The notes beneath the pieces were generated by a model. That model did not search any database. It was not told the origin of the DNA and saw nothing but the letters and a program-made list of their open reading frames with translations. Shown in pieces: positions 57,140-64,000 of a stretch of 64,000 nucleotides of DNA. How positions within the stretch are numbered: position 1 is the stretch's first letter; each line of letters starts with the position of its first letter. Made by a program: the position numbers and the translations under genes. The stretch is taken from positions 496,001 through 560,000 of the forward strand of contig NW_027191410.1 in NCBI RefSeq assembly GCF_041146345.1, in the 5' to 3' direction. The DNA comes from Neodothiora populina (lineage: Eukaryota).

Positions 57140-58144
57140 ATGGATGCCGCAAAGAACGCAGTTAAGGACTTTATGTAAATCTGAGCCCTCTCGTGACTGT
57201 TATGATCTTTCACTAATAACTACCCAAGGTCCAAGTCTGGTCACCATGACACTACCGTCCACGAGAAGGTCGCTCCTGGAGTCACACACGAGACCATCAA
57301 CAGACAGAATCACGAGAACGTCCAGACCGCGATTGATAAGGAGATCCACCAGGACCACTACCACACTTCTGTCCAGCCGGTTGTTGACCGCGAGGTTCTT
57401 CCCGAGCAACACCACCACAAGCTCGGCGCTGTTGAGCACCGCCAGTTTGAGCACGGCAACGACAGAGAGGTTGCGGAGCGCCTGAAGGCCGAGGCTGCCC
57501 AGTTCCACGACAAGACCATCCAGGGTACTGAACGCCACACCCAGTCCGTTGCTCCCACGCTCGCCGGTGAGCACATCCACCACCACGTCCACGAGACCAT
57601 CCAGCCCGTTGTCCAGAAGGAGACCATCGAGCCTCACGTCACCCACACCACCGTCCCCATCCACGAGGTGCACCACAATGCTGCCCAGCACCACTCCGCG
57701 TCTGCTCTCCCCGCTGTCAGCCTTGCCGACTTCAAAAAGCAGGGAGGTGTTCTGACCGGCCGTGAGGAGCGTTACGACGGCTTCGAGGGTGAGCCCCGCT
57801 CTGTCGGTGGACACTCCACCACCAGGGACACCCTTGCTGGTGCCGCTGTTGGCTCTACCACCAAGGACCACCACCTGACTGGCGCTGCCACTGGCGCTGC
57901 CACTGGCCACCACCACGGCTCTCACAGCTCCACCACTGGCACCTCAGGTGGTTATACTGATACTACCGGCACTGGCGTTCCCGGCAGCCGTGGTACCACC
58001 ACCTCCGGCCTCACCGGAAGCAGCTCCACCACTTCAGGTACCTCAGGCACAACTGGCACCACTACCACCAAGCCTTCGCTCTTGGACAAGCTCAACCCCA
58101 TGAAGGACTCTGACCACGACGGAAAGAAGGGCATGATGGATTAG
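57140..58144 (+). CDS. His/Thr/Gly-rich hydrophilic protein ('allergen'-annotated fungal family)
   Basis: Exons 57140-57174 and 57229-58144: MDAAKNAVKDFMSKSGHHDTTVHEKVAPGVTHETI...HIHHHVHETIQPVVQKETIEPHV...KPSLLDKLNPMKDSDHDGKKGMMD. Strong C-ending codon bias indicates high expression. Confidence 0.88.
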
Positions 58145-58466
58145 ATTCTCCATCGGATGGCATAAAACATGATACCTCTTTTTTGATAACGACGTATGAT
58201 GATAGCACTTGCGCAAGATGACACGAAGCGTGTAATATAGCGATATTCCATTAATTCCAAGAATGATCCAATTCAACCTATTACCTATACAACAGTGTGC
58301 GCTCACAATCCTCTGTGAACCTCTTATTCACGATAATGCTGCTCCGCTTCCAGCCTCAGTATCAATTGATTCGCTAACATCAAGCGGATAGCATGCTGCC
58401 GATGATTGCAGTATCGTGCGACGTCGAAGGCATATACAATGTGGTTACCTCAGACTTGACACAATT

Positions 58467-58574
58467 GGAGAGATGGCCGAGCGGTCTAAGGCGCTAGCTT
58501 AAGGTGGATTTCCACTCGTGGATCATCACATACGCTAGTCAGAAATGGCGTGGGTTCGAATCCCACTCTCTTCA
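58467..58574 (+). tRNA. tRNA-Leu(AAG) with ~28-nt intron
   Basis: GGAGAGATGGCCGAGCGGTCTAAGGCGCTAGCTT-AAG-G[58505-58532]CGCTAGTCAGAAATGGCGTGGGTTCGAATCCCACTCTCTTCA. T6 terminator at 58580. Confidence 0.95.
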
Positions 58575-59182
58575 TCATCTTTTTTGTCGACGAGTAGCCT
58601 TCATGGACTCCCACTGCGATCGCGTTATAGTCGTGGTTGTGACGGACGGCGATGGTTACCACGGAGATCAAGTGGTTCAGCGTGGAGTCTCTGTAGACAT
58701 CCAAACTTTGGGCATCGCATTAGTCGTTTGTTTTCTCGGATGACGGTGGCATTGCTTCATCCAGCCGCCATCCAAGGACGATTAGTCTAGGCGGAGCACG
58801 ATAACGTGTATTGCACTGCTAATAAACATCAATATCATCGAGTCAAATCAATGGGCGAGCGAGGTAGTATGTTAGCTTATAACGGAAGGCGTGTCGTCTA
58901 ATGAGTGCCTGGTCTGGCTCCCGTCCTTAAGGTAATAATGATGTGTGCGGGAGCAGCCGCAGAGCCTCAAGTGCTCAGGCCAAGCAGTATTATCTTACCT
59001 TAAGGTAGTACAGGGCAGGTAGCCTTGAAACGCATCATCACTGCATCCTCAGCTCAGTAATTATTACGGTCGGTCCCCTCTCAGACTTCTACCTATACCT
59101 TTCACTCAGAGGACTTCACCATAAGGCAACTCCAACAAGGCCTCTCTGAAAACTCCTACAAGGGCATTTTCGCAGCACAACC

Positions 59183-60901
59183 ATGCCTCGTCAAGCAGAT
59201 GATCCGGACAACATACGTCCCACCAAACGACGTGCACCACTAGAGGAGGATGGTGTGGCTATGGACAATGGTGCAAGCCAGTCCTCAGACAGGTCGAACC
59301 CCCGCAAGCGCATGCGTGAAGCCGATCTACCAGCTTTCCGTGGTCCCAAGAGAGCGCGCAGCCCCATGACAAGCAGTCAGCGCACCGAAGCCAGAGATCC
59401 CTCGCCGATGCGTCGTGAGCCATCCAGATCACCGCCTCGTAAGCGTCCTGGACAGGGTGCGCGTGTCAGCGCTGCTGCTCGCCAGGCCGCCGAAGAACGA
59501 CGTCGCCAACGAGAAGAGGAGGAGCGTAAGCATGCCGAGAGCCGCACCCCTGGCGCTGTCGACATGGTCAGCGCTCATTACAACGCTGTCCCTGAGCGCG
59601 GCAGAGAATGGAGGAAGACAGACTCGCAGATCAAAGGACTTCGCTCCTTGAACAACTGGGTCAAGTCGACAATCATCCAGAAATTCTCCCAGCCCGACAT
59701 TCCCACGCAGAACCTGCTGGTCCTGGACATGGGTTGCGGCAAGGGCGGCGATCTGATGAAGTGGCAGTCTGCTCCGCAGATGCCCAGACTCTACGTGGGT
59801 GTTGATCCTGCCGAGGTCTCGATCAAGCAAGCCAGAGATCGCTACGAAGACATGATGAAGAGAAGAAGAGGTCCTCGCAACAGACAACCTCGTCTATACG
59901 AGGCGCACTTTTATGTACAAGACGCTTTCGGTGAGAGTTTGGAGAACCTTCCCACCGTGAGAGACGTTGGCTTCGACCCCCGTGCTGGACCCGAAGCAGC
60001 GGGAAGCATGGCCGCGAGGTTTGCAACCGGCGGCTTCGACGTCATTTCGATGATGTTCTGCCTTCACTATTCCTTCGAGACCGAAGAGAAGGCTAGAGGT
60101 ATGCTCAAGAACGTTGCTGGTGCTCTAAAGAAGGGAGGCAGATTTCTCGGTGTCATGCCAAATTCAGATGTCATCAGTGCCAAAGTCGAGGAATATCTAA
60201 AGAAAGATGCCGCCTCGAAGCCCTTGTCAGCTTCACCACCCAAGGTCAACGACGACGATGGTTGGGATCCTGAGAAGCCCATTGATGCCACGACACCCAT
60301 GAGACCCAACGATGCAGCGGACAACGATGACTGGGACCCGGAGAAGCCTCTCGATACTTCAGCAAACAAGGAAGAGGACAGTTGGGATCCGGAAAGGCCC
60401 CTCGACGCCACAGCAGCAGCTGCTTCTGCTGACGACGAAGGTTGGGACCCGGAAGCGTCGTTGGATACCTCGGCCACAAAACAGCCTGCGGCCTCCGCCA
60501 CGCCTGCCGTCAAGACCCCAGCTCCCGATGAGCCTCCTCTACAATGGGGCAATAGCATATATACTGTCAAATTCCCAAGGACCAGGCCTCTGCCCGCTGA
60601 CGGAATCTTCCGCCCGCCTTATGGCTGGAAGTACTTTTATTACCTCGAGGAGGCCGTGGACGTGCCGGAGTTTGTGGTTCCTTGGGAAGGATTTCGTGCG
60701 TTGGCTGAAGACTATGGCCTCGAATTGCTCTACCGGAAACCCTTCCCCGAGGTCTGGGAAGAGGAGAAGGACGATCCGATTCTCGGTCCGCTTAGCGAGC
60801 GCATGGGAGTCAGAGACAGAAACACCGGCAGAGTCAACGTGAGCAAGGAGGAGATGGAGGCCGCGGCTTTCTACCATGCATTCTGCTTTTATAGGATCTA
60901 G
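59183..60901 (+). CDS. ABD1: mRNA cap guanine-N7 methyltransferase
   Basis: HYNAVPERGREWR, LRSLNNWVKS, SAM motif VLDMGCGKGGDLMKW, FDVISMMFCLHYSFETE, YFYYLEEAVDVPEFVVPW, FYHAFCF. Confidence 0.95.
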   Translation: MPRQADDPDNIRPTKRRAPLEEDGVAMDNGASQSSDRSNPRKRMREADLPAFRGPKRARSPMTSSQRTEARDPSPMRREPSRSPPRKRPGQGARVSAAARQAAEERRRQREEEERKHAESRTPGAVDMVSAHYNAVPERGREWRKTDSQIKGLRSLNNWVKSTIIQKFSQPDIPTQNLLVLDMGCGKGGDLMKWQSAPQMPRLYVGVDPAEVSIKQARDRYEDMMKRRRGPRNRQPRLYEAHFYVQDAFGESLENLPTVRDVGFDPRAGPEAAGSMAARFATGGFDVISMMFCLHYSFETEEKARGMLKNVAGALKKGGRFLGVMPNSDVISAKVEEYLKKDAASKPLSASPPKVNDDDGWDPEKPIDATTPMRPNDAADNDDWDPEKPLDTSANKEEDSWDPERPLDATAAAASADDEGWDPEASLDTSATKQPAASATPAVKTPAPDEPPLQWGNSIYTVKFPRTRPLPADGIFRPPYGWKYFYYLEEAVDVPEFVVPWEGFRALAEDYGLELLYRKPFPEVWEEEKDDPILGPLSERMGVRDRNTGRVNVSKEEMEAAAFYHAFCFYRI

Positions 60902-61252
60902 ACTACTAGTGAGACGAAGCATCTCTCACGGACTTGTTGCGGTTGCCATGAACTGTATGAAACACATATGAAGGTTGCAAAGACGTCGTTTCCGTAGTCA
61001 ATCCCATCCATGTATATATATCATTATCCCATGGTGCTTCTTGAGACGGATGTGCAACCATCAGGGTTGGATTTTTGTCTTGGCGTACACTTATGAGGCG
61101 GGGCCGGCATACCTTCCTAATGCATCTCCGCACCTTCCTCCACCCCCCATCCCTCGCAGGCAGACCAGCGTCATTGCCATTGGGTATAACCAAACAATCC
61201 CCCTTCGTCGTCCTTCTCCCCTTCTCTCAATCGTAGATCGTCAGGCACAATC

Positions 61253-62465
61253 ATGTCAAAGACCGATATTGTTTCTTCTTTCGTGGAAGCAGCTCCGCCA
61301 GGCGAGGTAAGTTTCGATGTGTACAACGCTGCTGTAGACCACGAGCTTCAAACTGACGGTGCAAACACAGCTGTCTAATGTCATCGCTGGTATGCCGAAC
61401 CCATAATTGTCTCGACCATGTTCAGAATGACATAACGACTTACTCACTCGATTGTGTCTGCCAGACATCAAGGCTCTTACGATAGATGAGCCGTCTCTGA
61501 CCGACTCTCTTGCTCCCGCATTCAAGAAGTACAACGAAGAGCAGTTCTCGACGGTGAAGCTACCGGGTAGCAGCCAGCCGGTATGGAAGCAAAGACCGAC
61601 TGAGAGCATCTTTGTGGGAACGTCTCTGACAGAAAATACAAAAGGTCATTGTCAGCGAATTCAACTCTCTAGGGGATGGACGATACTTCGACAGCGCAAG
61701 CCAGAGTTCATTTGTTTTCGATCATGCCACCCAGAAGGCTTCCGATGTTCAATCACACGTTGCCGAGTCCCAGCATTCAGACCTGGTGTGAGCGATTTAT
61801 TTCGGTCCTTTCGTCGGCGAGAGATATGTGCTGATCAGCTACGTGCAGCAAATCATTGATCAAGTCATTCGAGAAACACGCCGAAGAACACTACCCTGCC
61901 TCAGCCATCGGTGTCTACCCAATCGAGAACGATTCCGCCATTGCGCTTGTCCTCGTGGCGAACAAATACAGCCCCAACAACTTCTGGTACTTGTTTCCTT
62001 GCCAACTTTCCAAATGACTGAAATATATCTTCATTTCTGATCATCTATGAAATATAGGAACGGCCGCTGGCGCTCGCTCTACGTATATGATCCCTCCTCC
62101 AACTCGCTCACCGGCAGCATCAAAGTAGACGTCCACTACTACGAAGACGGCAACGTCCGTCTCCTGACCACCAAGCCTATCAAAGCCTCTTCGTCCTCGG
62201 CGACCGCGTCAGACGTCATAAGACAGGTTGCCACTGTAGAGAAGAAATACCAAGAAGACCTCAACAGAGCATTCACGCAGTTGAACGAGGGTGCTTTCAA
62301 GGGGCTGAGGAGACAGTTGCCTGTCACTAGGCAGAAGGTCGAGTGGGAGAAGATCAGCGGATACAGGGTGAGTTATGCTTTTCTGTCATGCATGTTATAT
62401 TGTTATCAAGGCTAACTTGTGGACATCAGCTGGGTCAAGATATCGGTGGCGGCAGATCGAGGTAG
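61253..62465 (+). CDS. CAP1: F-actin capping protein alpha subunit
   Basis: 7 exons including a 19-nt microexon (61371-61389). FVEAAPPGE, AFKKYNEEQF, NKYSPNNFWNGRWRS, VDVHYYEDGNVRL, FKGLRRQLPVTRQKVEW. Confidence 0.95.
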
Positions 62466-62950
62466 GAGAGACACCACCATGAGATCGGGGATTGAAAAGT
62501 TGCATCATAGACTTTGATAGTTGTATGGCCATTTTGTGGAAAGCGTTGATTTACCATTTGTCGTTATGTGCACCTGATAGACACATTCTCTGACCTCTCT
62601 TGAGTCGTTCAGCAGATTCACGGCGTTCCATTGTGTGCTGCCGATATGACAGCCCTCGACGTATGAAGCCAACAAAAGGTCCCCTGGTAGACAAATCATA
62701 GCTCGTCTGCTACATCTCGCGTATGAGAAACTCAAGAGGCGAGAAAAATTCTAGTATAATAGCAGGATAGAGATACCGACTCCTTAAACCCGCTCCAAAC
62801 AATTCGAATTCCATGGCACATACGAGTGGTTTTAAACTCCCCCATCCAGCTAATCATACATGACCAATACAACCAGAGCAATACGTCTACTCAAAAAAGC
62901 GCCCCTCCACCTCTTCTTCCCTCTAAACATTGTCAAAAGTACATGAAGAA

Positions 62951-64000
62951 TCAACGCAGCAACTTCCCAATATCAGCGACCCTCGCCTCCCGCCTCCTAT
63001 GCCCCTCCCTCCCTTCTCCCGCAGCCGCCCCGCGCTTACTGGTCTTCTCCCTGAACGCCATCATCATGAGCTTGCGCTTGTCCGTTTGTATCTCCAGCAC
63101 GCGGTCTTCTATCGTGTCGTCGACTACGAGGCGGAAGACTTTTACGGGCTTGGTTTGGCCGAGGCGGTGCACGCAGTCGACTTTTGTGGTGTTAGTTGTG
63201 GCAGGGGGTTGAGGAGAAGGGAGAGAGGGGATGATGCTTACTGGCTTGGTCTTCGATTGCTGGCGCCCACCAGGTGTCTGCTAATATCACCTGTGTGGCC
63301 ATCAGTAGGAGAGGACCAGGGGGAAGGATCATAGAAGAAGTAGGACAGAGGAAGAAGGGATGGAATGGAATACATACCTGATTCGCAGCGACGAGGTTCA
63401 ATCCCACGGCACACACGCCCAGACTGGCCAACATGATGGTGCAGCTCTCGTCTTCGTCCAGAGCACGCAGAGCGCGATCACGTACAATCGCAGTCATTGT
63501 GCCGTCGATCCTGCAGAACTTGAACCCTTCCTTTTCGAGTCGCGATTGCACAATGTCCAAGAACCGAGTCCATTGCGAGAAGACGACGGTCTTGTTGCCC
63601 GAGGCGCGAGAGGCATTCAGGATCTTGAGCAGCGCGTCGAGTTTCGTGCTGCTGCCTTCGACGACGGTGCTTCCTTCGCCGTCGTCGCCGTCGCCGTACT
63701 CGTGTCTGGGCTCTAGAAGGTCTGCCTCGGACATGAGCGCGGCGCGGCACATGGGACATTTCTGCTGGGTAGTGATGACGCGCGTGATGCATTTTCTTCC
63801 AAACGTGTGCGCGCAAGGTGTTATCACGGGCTCGTGGAGACTCAGTGCTTCGAGACAGACGGGACAGTCGTCTTGGGCTTCAATGGCCAGTTGTACGAGG
63901 TCTTTTAGCACTCTTTTGTTTTCTGGGGTTAGGTTGACTGTCTTCTGGGATGCGAGTGCTGACATGAGCTGCTTGATGCGCTCGTCACCGCACAGCTCGT
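62951..64000 (-). CDS. SNF2-family helicase with RING finger (Rad5/HLTF-like), C-terminal part only
   Basis: RING CPVC..CAHTFGRKC..CPMC, SSTKLDALL, VVFSQWTRFLD, RIDGTM, LASLGVCAVGLNLVAANQV, WWAPAIEDQA, HRLGQ. Introns 63377-63291 and 63241-63181. Confidence 0.92.

Noticed and set aside
1..64000. Transposons, CRISPR arrays, secondary-metabolite cluster (IMPDH as a self-resistance gene), TPP riboswitch
   Set aside because: No transposase/RT ORFs, LTR/TIR pairs or repeat-spacer arrays seen. No PKS/NRPS near IMPDH, which looks like the housekeeping snoRNA-hosting copy. No TPP aptamer consensus found.

Overview
Gene-dense euchromatic window from a filamentous ascomycete (Pezizomycotina; class not determinable by eye), with short GT-AG introns and CTRAC branch sites. 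About 21 protein genes: cactin (partial), XLF/Nej1, a 4-exon ~1217-aa orphan, RTC1/SEA2, IMPDH, IQGAP, nuclear ATP9, a NUDT19-like Nudix hydrolase, a GT8 Gnt1-like glycosyltransferase, Utr2/Crh GH16, RPS21, a GH28 exopolygalacturonase, the HMT1 ABC half-transporter, a DUF2462 protein, a hypothetical protein, two divergent genes sharing a His-rich domain, ABD1, CAP1 and a partial Rad5/HLTF-like SNF2-RING helicase. RNA genes: a dispersed 5S rRNA, intron-containing tRNA-Thr(AGT) and tRNA-Leu(AAG), and a snR54-type C/D snoRNA in IMPDH intron 2. The most striking unexplained signal is two ORF-free, extensively self-complementary segments bracketing ATP9. One is a ~1.9-kb minus-strand multibranch fold (~25010-26960), TER-like in size and layout but with no canonical CCCUAA template. 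The other is a ~0.6-kb plus-strand rod-like fold (~23360-23950). All folds and gene models were derived by hand and need computational confirmation.
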